Source: Hyphochytrium catenoides (taxonomy: Eukaryota; Protista; Hyphochytriomycota). From it: a stretch of DNA of 52,912 bases. The notes under the pieces are model-generated. The model was not told the origin of the DNA, did no database searches, and saw only the letters and a program-made list of their open reading frames with translations. Below, in pieces: positions 15,549 through 28,780 of the stretch. Numbering within the stretch: the stretch's first letter is position 1; each line of letters starts with the position of its first letter. The translations under genes and the position numbers were made by a program. The DNA lies in assembly GCA_900088475.1 (NCBI GenBank), contig FLMG01003555.1:1-52912 (forward strand), read 5' to 3'.

Positions 15549-17138
15549 TCTCTGGTCTCTCCTTTTCTTCTCGCTCTGTCTAGATATATCTATGTCCTTC
15601 CTTGCTCTCACTTCCGTATCTTTTGGCTACTTTTTGATGATGACGTCGGATGACGCAAACAGAGATCGTTGGGGAACCGTGTGACCGTGCTTTGGGCCTC
15701 TCTTGCTCGCGTTTGAGGCCCTTTTAGAGCTTCAAGGTGTGACACGAGAGAAAGCCAATAGTAGGACACCTGATGACGGATTCCTAGCCGCGGGCCGTCG
15801 GCAAGAGCTATTACAAGGAGGAAGAGAGTGTTACTATGTGGGCTGGCCCTTAGGTGCCTCAGAGGAGATCTAGGTGAGAGAACGGCGTATAGGGAGGGGC
15901 CGAGGCCTGACAGACTAAAACGCCATACAGGGAAGAAGCCACCAGAAGGGCCCATCTTAATGTACTGGATATCAATACAAAGGCCATCCTCTTGCCGTAT
16001 CGCAATGCCTGGCTGCTTCTTCTGGGTGCCACTCCTGAGTTTCCCTTTTCCCCTCCCTTTTCGGGTGATGCAGTCGCAGGCTATGACATTGGCGCCGTCG
16101 AAGGGCATAGGAGGTGATGAGAGCCCCACCTCCAAGGTGAGTTTGGCTCAAGAGCGATAAAGGGGAAAATTCTTGCCTCAAAGGTATATCGGTAGAAGCG
16201 CTTTGATCTTATTCTTAGTGCGGTAGGAAATGCCTGGGTGCCTTTGGCTATGCCATCTAACAATCTTCCTCTCCTCTCACACACACTCTCTCTTTCTCCC
16301 TCTCCTTCTCGTTCAGCGTGTGTCTGTCTGTTTCACCCGTTCTGGACGCTGTATCGTCATCACTCGGGGTCTCTTGATGTGTGTCATCACGGTCATCTCA
16401 CTCTCCTTGCCACCTGCCTGCTGGAAGCTGTAGGAGAGTAGTTTCTTAGCACTTCGCTTTGCAAGACCAAGACCCAGGTGCTGCACTCCATCCGACGGAC
16501 GACAGTTGAATAACCTCAGCAACAAGTAGGGTGAGCGCATAAAGGGAGAGTTTCGAATGAGAACAGAAGTGTGAGAAAGGACAGAAGGGTTTGAACAGAG
16601 AGAGACACACCAGAACAGAAAGAGGGAGAATCTGCTTGATAGCATTCCTAGGAAAGAGACTAAGAATAAGAACCCTCTACAGAGCCAAAGAATCAGCAAG
16701 GAGAAGTCTTTACAGGGAAGAAGTGAATAAGTGGTGTGGTTGCATAGAGGCACTGAAGGGAGGAGTGCCTTCCAAATCTTCGGAGACTTCGATACTAGCG
16801 AGAAGAGACGTCAAAGGGGTCACAGGATGGGTATGGATGCCAGCAACAGACAGAACGACTAGCAGCGTAACAACAGCTTTTCATTGCATTTGTGGAAAGA
16901 GGATGAGAATGAGACAGGGCAACCTACTTTCAAGGGTGAAGAGACGCGAACAAAGAGTCGACTTCACATTCAGCAGCTCCACCTCATGTGACAGAGCTTC
17001 AGGCCCTCGTATAATAGAACGACCGCACACTACTCTCCTTCCTCTTCCGGGCTAGCAGAAATTCACTCTGTTAACTCTTCTCATCTTGTTTTCATTTTGC
17101 CTCTCTCGCGCTCACCTGAGCAGCTATGTTCTTAAGTT

Positions 17139-17170
<32 letters not shown>

Positions 17171-17173
17171 CTT
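17139..17173. repeat. (TC)n microsatellite followed by a poly-T run
   Basis: Directly visible in the sequence. Confidence 0.9.
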
Positions 17174-20044
17174 TATACTGCCTTACAAGCTTCTCTTTAG
17201 ATATGCGTCCTGTCCTTGTGAGCGTGGGCTATGGCTGAACTACTGTTGGTAACTTCTTTCTCCCTTAGGGCGGGTGAACCAGTCTAGGAGGTGAATGAGC
17301 CGGGCATGATAGGGAGGAGGACGCATAACTGTTTCATTTGGACGAGGGCGGGGAAGTGACCTGCCAGCTCCTGCGCTCCCTTGCTTCCGGAATCGTCCTC
17401 TGTGCTCCTTTCTTTGGGTTCCTTCCTCTTCCTCTTCTTTTTCTTTCTGGTCTTGGGCTGACAAGATTGTTAGTGGTGTTCCTTGATGAACATAGGCAGA
17501 TTCATCCCACTGGACTAGGCGCAGGCCGGAGAACGATTAAGGGACTGACCCATTGTTCATCTCTTGCAGTCTTCTCTGCCGTAATCTTATCCTGGCTAGA
17601 ACTATTGTTGACTATGAGAATCGCAGTCCATCATGACGTAGGAAGGAAAAGACAAAGCGGAAAAGAAGGATGGACTGACCCAGCCCTAATAAGCCACCTA
17701 AATCAAGAAGCTTGGCACCATTGTGATGACATTATATCGGGTTGAGACTAAGCAATAATTAGATATGGACATACCGGGAAGTCACAAGAACAGAGAAGAG
17801 AGATGAGGGGAAAGGATAAGGATGATCAAGACATTGAAAGCAAAGAAGAAGATTAACAGCGTCACAAAGCAAGCACTCGACTTCGAATGAGAGTTCTATC
17901 ACTGCTGCTTTATAAGATAGACGCTTGGCCCCGAATGGGTTTAGATGTAGCCAAACCCACATCTTTCCTGGCAGCTGCTAAAGATAACGTAGCCTAGTTA
18001 CTCTTGTACGACTAAAGAGAGTCACTAGAATGAGGGAGCGAAAACAAAGAGCCATAGTCCAAACGCCATCCTGTTGCCAATAACTGAAGATGGGCTGGAT
18101 GCATAAGAAGTTCCATGCTTTATGACGCTTAGAGCTCTTCCACCGACGCTGACAAGCGGAAGTCGTTCTTCGTTCTCTTCTAGCAAGTGAGAAAGGTCAA
18201 GAAAGGTAGAGATTAGAGATGTGTACGCTCTTGACGTCTTCCTTGGTAGTTCTCTTTCTTGGCTGCTTTGCTTTATTGCAAGGACCCTGAAGTATCCACT
18301 ACTAGTGTTATGGGCCTGTCTCTTCGCCTTTTGAAGGCATGAGAGGGCTCTGGTACTCGCTTCCTTTCACGCCCATTCCCACCTATGGGTTCCCTACTTT
18401 TAGTCTGGGTTTATCCTTCCGAAACCGTACTCCGCAAAGCATGCGTGAAGTTATGCTGGGTGTAAGGGAGAGTGAAGGAAGGTGGCTGAACAGTGGTAGA
18501 GGGTTAGGGGTAGGTTAGTGTAAGCTGTCTGCTTCCCTCTCGTGACTACCGCTTGCCTGCTCCTGCCACTGGTGGGTTGGATCCTTTATAGATGTGAACA
18601 TAGATCTCTACTCCTGGCCTACCCTCTCTACTGTCCTGCACCCTCACCCGTGGCGGTCGTTCCACGCCTCCGCTTATTACGTACCTACTTTTGATAAAGA
18701 CATAGGATGGGGGCGAAGTGAGGACTGGGCCATTATTATTACCTAACCTGCTAACCTGTCCTGGTAAACCCAAGGGCTCCGGCGAGGACCTGAGAGCCTT
18801 CGGCATAAGATCTTGGCTACATCATGTACGGCTGCTTGTGGCGCATTATAAAGAACAACTGCGTAAGCTTCTCTCTCCCAGACAGGACACTTTTTACGGG
18901 TAGAACTACTCTCATGCTCCATAATTCCTTCTCTTGAAAAGTGAGACTCATTCATCTTTCTCCCTATCCTTTAGCGTTGTTCTGTTTGTTTGCTCTCGCT
19001 CCCTCCGAGGTACTGACGCTTCCAGTCGCACCCAAGCCCCTTCTTAGCTCATAGGTATTGTTCCTGAATGATGATGTGCTTGGTTTGGGCACAAGGCCTG
19101 TGCAATCAGGAAAGAGGGTCAAGCTTCTATGCGTACTACTCCGGAGTACATACTACTCTAATACTAGAGCACTAGAACTACTGGGCAAAACGGTAGTGTT
19201 AACAATGCCACAGCTGTCCTGGTGATGTTCGCCCGCTGTGGAAGCCAACAGGAACCCGAGTGCGAGCATTGGGTGCGCCTAAGGAGCCCTTCTTTTCCTA
19301 GTTAACTAGAGCTCTAACTAGCCTTTTGTCAGTAGAGAGGCTGTTGGCTTGATTGCTTCCTTGCGGCTCCATCCGTCACGCTCTCTCCTGTATTATCATC
19401 GGCTTAGCTACCTAGTTCTCCTAGCATAATGTTGTCGTATATGTTGACACCTAAAAATGATCGAAACCGTCGATGGTAGTTCTATCCTGACCAATCCTGT
19501 GTGTGTGTCTGTCTGTCTACATACCAAGCAGCACTCTACTGCTCTTGATCAGTAAAGAACTAAGTGGCTCTTCTTAGCGGGCCTGCCTATTGCAAAGCCC
19601 GCCACTAGACACTAGGACTCCTAGAGCCCATTTGAGGGTTAAGGTTGGGAGACAGGCCATGGAGAGGAGAATGTTCTTCGAGAGGTATGACTATCAAGGG
19701 TTTGGCAAGGTAAGCGTGCTTCTTCCAAGCGATGGTGGCGTTTGGGACTGGAAAAAGGGTCCAGGGCTCCCAGGGAGCAGAGAGGAAGCTCACAAGAACA
19801 GTTACGACGGGAGTGATAGTGATCCTGCATCATCCGGGTAAACGTAGTACGACCAAGTTTGATGCTCCTCTCCACCGAGGCCCTGAACCCACACTTCCAC
19901 TGAGCAATGCCTCCGCTGACTCCTACAATAACAGGAGGACGCCTAACAGTACAGGAGTAGGCTCCTCTGTTCCTAAGATTTCTATGCTATTTGACACCCA
20001 AAACGACAAGGAACTCCAGCAGAAGTGCAATGGAACCTCCACCT

Positions 20045-20181
20045 AAGTACGGTCAAGCCAAAAAATCCAGCAAAAGAAAGCACTCCGTCAAAGCAGGCTT
20101 GCAGAGCCAAGGGCAACAATTGGAGCAGCAGCTTGGCCTTGCAAAGCTCCACACCCATAATAAAGAGCTCAAGCTAGAGCT
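20045..20181 (+). pseudogene. Possible degenerate bZIP coding relic
   Basis: KYGQAKKSSKRKHSVKAGL-QSQGQQL-EQQL(GL)AKL-HTHNKEL-KLEL has basic region to leucine heptad spacing. The invariant N and R are missing and the flanking frames are broken by stops. Confidence 0.25.
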
Positions 20182-22388
20182 CCCAGCAAGGACGGATAGC
20201 TGGATTGATATCTGGCACCAGAGAGCCATGCTCTGTCTCTCCCGTACATATTCCTCTTTATCGTGCAGCAGCAGACCACCCACTCGCCCATGTTCCGTCA
20301 GAAGCTGATCATTAGAAGGATAATGCCAATAATGGTAGTTAGCAGTAGTAACTCTACGACCCGTGCTGGACCTGTAGAAGACATCTCATTTCCTTTAAGC
20401 TTGAAGGAGGAGCCCATACTATTAGGGTTACAATGGCCACGCCTCTTCCCATGCATGTACCCCATCATACCCCCAGTGTTCATTAGTCTGAGCGAAGCTT
20501 TTGTGACGGCTCTCGCCCCCTTAATACTGCTCTTATGGCACAGACAGCTGCCTTTCCTCCTCTAGTTGTTCTTCGAAAGAAGGGAAGGTCTGAACCTTAT
20601 CTTAGGCTTATAATGAGCACTGACTCTCTTCATACGAGCCTATTTCTATCGTGATATGTGTATGTACCGATAGGAGAGGACCATTCTTAGGAGCGATGAA
20701 GAGGGAAGAGCAAATCTCCAATCATCTAACGGTGCCTTTGGTGTCCCCTCAACAGTCGTGGCTCAAGCCAATGATGGCTGCAAGGGCTATGTCCCCAACA
20801 ACCCTCAGCTAGGTTTCTTTTCCATATTCTTGTGGAACACCTTCTGACTTTGGATCCTTTTGGACGACAACGTCGTCGCATTCTAAGCAGCAGCATGCAG
20901 TCAAAAAGCGTTACGTTGCACGGGCGGAGGTTCAAGGTCTACCCTCTTCCATCATCAAGATGATGACATCCTAATCAGCAACGCTCAGCACTATACTCAA
21001 TTGTGGACGACCCTTCTTCTTCTTACTACGCTGCTTCTACAGCCAATAGGAGGGCAGTCCGGTGCCGACTCACTCGGGATCAATCCGGCAGTGAAGCTTG
21101 GATGATTGTTCCTTTTTAGCCTGTGCAGCGCAACCCGAAACATCAAGAGAAGTAAAGAGAGTAAACGCTCAACAGCTCAAAGGTGCTATTCCTACTATCA
21201 TAACTGCCTGAAGCTTAGCCGGCATGCATGCATCTAGAAGAGAGAAGGAGAAGTAAAGATAGTAGTGAAATAGAACCCCTCCAGTTGACGTCAATCCATC
21301 ATCAGCAGGACCCCTGCTAGAGTCACTGCTCCTGAGACAGACAGAGCCCTTTCATTCATCTCATTTCTCCTCTTCCTTTTCTGCCGTTCCTCTACTTGAC
21401 ATCGCCGACATACATCATTATCATCCATCACATATCCGAAGAAGGCCATCGACCTCCATCGGCCCATGACGTAAGGTATGGAGCAAATGATAGTATCAAG
21501 GCCATGGCCTGAGCGATCCTTTCGCTATGGGAGACGGTCGCGGATGTTCTTCGGAGACTTCTTCGGCCCCTGTCTGCCAAGAATCGATCACCTAAGGTGA
21601 TGCCAGTCTAATCCTAGATGGCAGTGTAGTGGCATGGGCTTGAGATGGGGAGCGCTATAACGCTCAAAGACAATGATGAGGAAAGCTCTCTCCCTCTTCT
21701 AAATGTTGGTTCTTTGCAGGCCCTTGTTAGGGGTCGCTATGAACAGCGGAGGTGGGCGGCTGCTCGATTGGCAAAGGATCTTGGTAGAATTTGACTTGGA
21801 AACTCCGCGGACGAAGCTGTTCAAAGTGCGTAAAGGCTCAGCTTCGGTTCCTTTTATAAAAGAGAAAGCGAGGGAGAGAGCGAGAGGACAACAGAGCAAG
21901 AGAATGTTGCACTTGCAGAGATTAATAGCGGTGTAAGAGATTATTAGTAGTGACGTGACCGTCGTTGAGCTCGATAACGATTTGTCGGTCTTTCTTTAAG
22001 CTCTTCTCAGTCTCTCTCCTTCTGCAGCGACTGCTGCTTGGGCTCTCTTCAGCCTTGTTACCCTTGTAATTAGCTGGTACTTGAGTCCAACTTCTTCCTC
22101 CTTCTCCTCGCTCCACTGAGTGACGCAGCTGCTTCGAAGGCAGCATCAGCGGCTCTGGTCAACTCAACGAGCTAGTTCTGATTGGACCAGTGCCGGTCCG
22201 TTAAGGTTAACGAAGGCAGTTTTATGAGCTATTATCAACCCCCCACCGGCCAGCCGTGCTTGCACCCATCGCTGTAATCTTGTTGACGGTAGTGGCCGAC
22301 GCTTCTAGAGCGAGTCCAGCCGTCTTAGCCTAGTGCTAAGAAAGTTAGAGCTATTATCAGCTGAAGAACCCACGCGCCTTCATGTCGA

Positions 22389-24568
22389 CTACAACTGTAT
22401 ACGATGTCCGTAAAGAATCTTTCCCGGGTTAAAGATGTCATCAGGATCTAAGGCAGCTTTGATCTCCTTCATGACGTTCACGCCTTCTTCTCCCTGTTCG
22501 TTGACTAGGAGGTTCATCTTTCCAATGCCCACACCGTGCTCGCCGGTGCAAGTGCCGCCCATCTCAATCGCTCGTAAGGCGAGGTCCTGGTAAACCTACG
22601 TCAGAGTAGTGGCAGCAAAGTAGCAGCATTAGGGCTAACTTTGTGCATTCGATAGAAAGAGTTAATGACCAATATCAAGATTGTACCTCTTCTATGTGCT
22701 GGAGCCTCTCCGGAGGATCATCAGGATGATGAGAGAATATGACGTGGAAGTTTCCATCGCCGACGTGCCCTAAGATAGGAGAGAGGATGCCTTTACTCTC
22801 CATTGCCTCCCTCGTCTGCAGGATGCAATCGGTTAACCGGGAGACAGGGACGCAGACGTCCGTGATGTGCCCCTTGGAGCCCGGTCGCTGCGCAACCACA
22901 GCCCAGTAGAGGTGGTGACGAGCCTTCCAGAGTTTGTTTCTTACATCCCGTTCAGTCGCATCGGTCACCTCTGTGGAACCGTTGTCCCTAGCAATCTCCA
23001 TCACCGATTCCACCTGTTCCTTAACTCCTGCCTCTGACCCGTGAAATTCAAAGAAAATGGTCGGCGCTTCTTTGAGCGTTGTATGGGAGTACTAGTGAGG
23101 GGCAGAAGGGTAGACGGACGGGCGTTAAGGTCAGAAACTGCGATGCGCCTTGCCACCCTAGTGTTCCATCGTCGTCTCCCAGGAGCCAACAGCTTTCCTC
23201 TTGTCTTTTCGGAACACGTATCTGTCGAGTCCCTCTCCATTGCTGTGGGTCGCTTTATTATATAGTCTGCTAATAATTTACCTTGTTGGACGCAATGACG
23301 CTAAGCTCATCAAGAAGCTCCATTCTTGCGACGGGAATGCCCAGCTGGGACACCATGATAACAGTGTTAACTGCAGAGGAGAGGTCAGGAAAGGCGCATA
23401 TGCATGAGGAGGTAGCCTCTGGCACCCCATGCAAACGTAACTGGATCTCCGTGATAATGCCCAAGGTGCCTTCTGAGCCCACAAAGAGACGAGTCAAATC
23501 ATAACCCGCAGAACTCTTGCGTGCCCTTCCTCCAGTTCTGATGATGTTCCCATCTGAGGTGACGACGGTGAGACCTAGCACGTTCTCTCGCATCGTCCCA
23601 TATTTCACGGCATTCGTCCCTGAAAAATACGTATAAGTAAGCCTCAGCCTGCATTAGGCTCAGCACCACCACCAGAACATGAGAGAAATGGAGCCTAAGC
23701 GCTCAGATTGCCAGAGCTAATTGACCTGATGCTCTTGTGGCCGCCATGCCGCCAATACTTGCGTCTGCACCCGGATCAACCGGGAAAGTAAGGCCAGTGT
23801 CGCGAATGAATTCATTCAGTTGCTCTCTCGTCACGCCGGCCTCGACTCTGCAGTCAAGGTCTTCGGAGTTCACCTAGACGCCACGTTAATTTTGTGTAAG
23901 CCTCATTTGAACGCTCATCATCTCCACGCATGCGATAAGTATGCTTCTATCTATTGGTCTCTCAAACGTTTATAGCGTCAACCAACACTCTTTACTTCCT
24001 TCTTTCCACGGATAATCCATCTACGTGGAGTCCTTCCTATGCCGGATCTGTCTTCCACTATATGCGCGCCGTGCACTCACCTCAAGCACACGGTTCATCT
24101 GCGACAGATCAAGGCAGATCCCACCTCTTAGCGCCATAAGATGTCCCTCTAACGAGGTGCCTTTGAGTTAAGGTTAGGCCAATGCAACCAAGGAGAAAGA
24201 CCATAGGAGACAGATCAGCGCGGGCTGGCTGACGAACAGGTGAGGAGAAAGTGAGGAACATCGCAATTACCTGCGCCCCATGGGATTATGGGAGTCTTTG
24301 TCCGTCTGCATATCTTCACAATCTCTGCGACTTCTGTGTTTGTAGTCGGAAATGCAACTGCATCTGCAGGTGCAGGCTTATGATAGGACTCGTAGGATGC
24401 ATGCTGGTCAATTACGGCTTGGGAGGTAGAGAGCTTGCTTCCTAACAACTGCTTAAGCTCGGAGACGGTTGATGAGGAAGTAGCCAGGCTTCGGACCACT
24501 AGGCGATGCGATGTGCGCGCCAGCAACGAGGTGTGAAACTTCCTCAGAGTCAGATTTATCATGGGCAT
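22389..24568 (-). CDS. LDHD: Mitochondrial D-lactate dehydrogenase (FAD-linked oxidase, GlcD/LDHD family)
   Basis: Six exons giving [89 protein letters not shown] and [12 protein letters not shown], plus an N-terminal presequence. Confidence 0.95.
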
Positions 24569-25533
24569 CGTTGCTTCTCCCCGCCTTGTAACTCCAGCAA
24601 AAGATCTACCTTACGTTGAGCTCTGACGTAACACTTCCAATATCGCCGTATCAGTGCCAAACCAGACCGCCGGAGCTACACGCGGTGGACGTGGCGCTGG
24701 GCTTCTGGTCTACTTTTCGCCTTCAGGAGCTGGTGTTGACGTCATCGCGCAGGGTCAGTGAGGTTGGCGATGGGAGGAGACAAATGTCTTTGTCAAGAGT
24801 GAGTCTCATTGAGCAAAGGAAAAGCTCTTGATGTTTTGCATCACATCCGCGGCATCAGAACATCCTGGTCTCTTCAATCCACAATAATAGATCTGACACC
24901 CAAGATACCCAATTGGGTTGGCGGGTATAATATTCTTAATAAGGCTTGTTTCTGTGCGGCATCAAGCCCAGAACATCTGATTTATTAACGATAATGTTCC
25001 CAATACTTTCTTCAGCAGAATGTATTCTCTCTTTTCTCTCCCTTCTCTTTCTCGCGCTCTCTCCTCAATGCCCACACTAGTTTTTCGTGTCTGTCCATCT
25101 ATTGACCGACTCTGTCTCGATTTATATTATTAGTGGTACTTATCTTCTAGGAAGGCAGACCTGTCGACCGCTAACGGAAAGCTTCAGATTTCGTGTGCAT
25201 CTCCTGGATCTGTGATTATTGTGTGCTTCTAATGGGAAGACAGAGACGGCGCCGATTCACATTGCCGACACATCTCTTTCTATCCGTTCGGGGCAATCAG
25301 GGAAAGCGGTGGCTCCTTCTCGAGAGAATCATAGAAGATTTTGAGCATTTGCTAAAGCTGCAGACGTAAGTTGCATTTCAGACCTTCGCCCGGGCTTGTT
25401 GGGGGAAACCTGAGCGAAGATGTCTCGGAGTGCGTTGGATAGAGCTGTCTATCAGGCTCGTCGCCATGGCATGCAGGCGGAGACAATTGAGCAGGCTATT
25501 CCTTCCGCAGACGTTCCAGTGCCTCATGCGAGG

Positions 25534-28500
25534 ATGGTTAAGAGCAATGAGTTGCCAATGTAAAGCTGCCTTTCGCCACTCTTACGACGCCCTTTTTATA
25601 GCTCTCGCATATACTGACCTTCGAGCCTTCTTCATCTGCGCAACGCTTTCTCAGTGACCGTGAAAATCATCATCTCTGATGCCTTCATCCCGCTTCCTTA
25701 GGTGGGGCAACCAAGAAACGTATAACTTGAACAAGATGCTGGCACAGAATATCTTGGAGTCAGACTACTTCAAAGCTCTATAGTATGTTCTCCTTTCCTT
25801 CACTTCTCTTTGCCTCTCTATCTATCGCTTTTACTTTTTCTTTCTCTCTCGCTCTCGCTCTCTCTCTTTCTCTCTACCCTTCTACCACCAGGTCTACTAT
25901 GTGCACTGATTGGCTGAAGCGCCGCACTTCTGAAACATTGACTTACCTTTCCTCTTTCTTCTCTCAGTCAGTTAACAACTTACCACGAAGTCATTGATGA
26001 GATCTATGAGAAGGTCACACACGTCGGTAAGTAGGAGCCACTGCTCCTCAGGAGGACAATCGACGGTGGTATATCACTCTCTTCTTTGGCCGCATCCGTC
26101 CCTGACCTCTTCCATACTAAATTCTAAGTGATGCGTAATCCGCTTCCTCTCGCTCTTCTGTCTTCTGTATTCTGCTTCGCTGTCATGTCGTTTCTAAGGC
26201 CAGACCACTTTTCTCCGACTTCAGCTGTTCTTTCTGGCGCTCTTGGGCTACTACCCCTGTCCCTTGTTGTCTCCTTTCTTGTTTGCTTTCACTAGGCTCT
26301 TACTGCTCTTGGTGGCCACATAACGACTGAAGTCTTATCGATCTTGTGCGATCCTAGCTCCATTCTCAGCCGGCACGTCACGACTCCCGTCGACTGCTTT
26401 CTGTCTGCTGTTCAAGTTCTTCACTATGCGACTCACAGTCAAACAAATGAACGGTCTCCTCAACCACAAGGTAGTACTAGCGCAAACTGCTCATCTTCCT
26501 GTGGCTTCTAACTTTCTGGTCACTTCACACTTTGGCCTCACAGGACTCTATCTACATTCGCTGTGTCGGATTCCTTTACTTGCGCTATACCTATCCGCCC
26601 AAGGACCTCTGGGAGTGGTTTGCCCCCTACTTGGATGAAATGACAGAGTTTACACCAACCCCAGACCCAAATGTAAAGAAGTAAGTGGATGCCGACCGTT
26701 TGAAAACAGAAGGGAAAGAGAGAGAGGGGAAAACAAGGTGCCGGAGGTTCACCTAAGGGGAGGAGGATATACCAGTCAAGAGAGAACCTCTTGGTTGTCA
26801 GTGAGGACCTTTTAGCTGAGCCAGCTCATACACAAGATGAGTGCCACGAAACAATGCTTAAGTAACGAGGAAATGACTTAGAAGGGAGGGGCCCTTGACG
26901 GAGATTTGAAGACTCCAGTGGACGCATAAGGTTAGCAAAACCAACTTTAAGTTGAGAGAGGCAATAGAGAGAGGATACGTATGGTGGCGCATTCTTCCAT
27001 CAGGCGCTCAATGTACTTCCGCTGACGCTGCATTAACTGCAATCTCCGCCAGGACACTTTCTGCGTGGCTCCGAGGGCTTTTGACGGACATGAATTACTA
27101 TGGGACTATGCTTCCTCGGATACCTGTGCCGATTGAGAGGAAGATGAAAATTCAGGTTAGCTCCAACGACTTAGGATGAAATGTGTTAGAGGGGGGGGAT
27201 GAATAAGAACTGCAGGAAGCAGGAAGCTAGGCTATGATTGATCAGCAAGAACTAACCGCATTCACTCGTCAGCTCCTACTGGTAGACCAACGCATAGCAC
27301 GGGGTAAGGAAAACCAGCGCATCAAGAGTCGTTTGGTGCCTATGACGAAGGTTCAGGCTGTTTACGGAGACGCTGAGAATGAGCCCGCGGTGAGGATTCA
27401 CTCACTTTCAGTTCGCATTGGCGTGTGCTTAGAGCCTCTCACTCTTAAAGCCCTTTCTGCATTGAAGCTTGTCTGATACATCCATGACACACAGTGGTAC
27501 GACGCAGTTATAGAGTCTGTCGAAGAGAATGACCGCTTTATGGTAAGCATTCCTCATATTGACATCCTCTTGCTTGTATTCTGTCCGTCGCTTTGTCTCT
27601 CTCCCTCTTGTGCTTGTCTGTATGTCTCTTTTGGAGTGACTACCATATGATGACACAACCTGCATGTTGCAGGTCACTTTCCCTGAGTACGGGAACACGG
27701 AGCTGGTCCACTTAGGAGATATCAGACTCCCGGGATCGGACAGGCCGGAAGGGTGGGTATGAACCAAGCAAGGATAAGGGGACAGGGCGCAACTGATAAG
27801 ATCCTTGTTATTGGTAATTCTCAGACGCAAGGAGAGAAGTCGAAGCCGTAGCCGAGGAAGACAGCGAAGAAGTAGGAGCAGGTCCCGAGATAGGTGAGAG
27901 CTGGCCTACATAACCTTCTGGAAGAAGAGCTGGAGCCGCTGACTTGCTATTCATATAGGAGAAGAAGGCATAGTCGGAGCAGAAGTCGGAGCAGAGACAG
28001 GTAACCTCAGTCTTTGCTTACGGACTCTCTCCCCGTTGGCAATCAGCAATAGGTAGCTGAAGCGTTTATTCAGGCGTTCAAGGCACGAAAGGCACGATGA
28101 CAGGGGTAGGGTTAGAGAACGAAACCGCGATCGAGATGAAAGGAGGCGGAGACGATCTAGCAGCCGAAGGTAAATGAACACAAGCCTTCCATCTCTACCG
28201 TTCCCAAGCGCTGTTAATCTCTAACCAACTGTCGCCCGCAGTCCTGAGCGCAATACACTGGTATCAGGCGACTTGCTGCAAGAGGTGATGAGGAGAGAGA
28301 GAGAGAAGGCAGAGGCCAGAGGCAAGGACTATGGCCAGCGCCCCACCAGTTACAAAGGGTCTCTCTCCCTTAAGATTGATAGGTATACCTATCGCAAAAA
28401 GTCAAGGTGAGCCTCACACAGCACACGTATGCGGTGTGTCCACCTTATTAATAGGGCCTAAGAAGGGAGCCCTAGTACGGATAGTGCGATGGAGGTGCTG

Positions 28501-28697
28501 AGCCCTTCAATAACCCTTTTAACATGCCTCTCTGCTCTAGGTCACGCTCACCTATCAGGTCGGAAAGGAGCAGCAGACGCCGTACTCCTCCTCGGCGATC
28601 TCCTACTCCTGAACAAGCTAAGCCAAAGGTCTCCGTAGAGGCGCTTGAGAGATTGAACAAGCTTAAGGAGAGATACGGCGATGCGTCTGCCAAGTGA
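25534..28697 (+). CDS. PRPF38B: Pre-mRNA splicing factor PRP38B with a Tudor-like domain and RS-rich tail
   Basis: Spliced translation gives NELPMWGNQETYNLNKML, TYHEVIDEIYEKVTHV, STAFCLLFKFFT, YIRCVGFLYLRY and YYGTMLPRIPVPIER. A Tudor-like WYDAVIESV..FMVTFPEYGNTELV follows, then RS repeats and the ending KLKERYGDASAK*. Confidence 0.93.
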
Positions 28698-28780
28698 GCT
28701 GTATCCTTTAATAATGGGATGCTAGATCTGGCTGGTTCCAAATGGCGGGGCACAGACTAGAAGAGAATTAATGTATATAT

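Noticed and set aside
16670-16730. RAKESARRS resembling a bZIP basic region
   Set aside because: No leucine zipper follows, and the purine-rich context makes a chance match likely.
18499-18520. GGGTTAGGGGTAGGTTAG telomere-like words
   Set aside because: Too short and degenerate to call an interstitial telomere.
24849-24980. Short direct repeat GCGGCATCA..AGAACATC in the LDHD/PRP38B promoter, and the 19-nt tandem duplication at 51925-51961
   Set aside because: Only two copies each, with no CRISPR-like or transposon structure.
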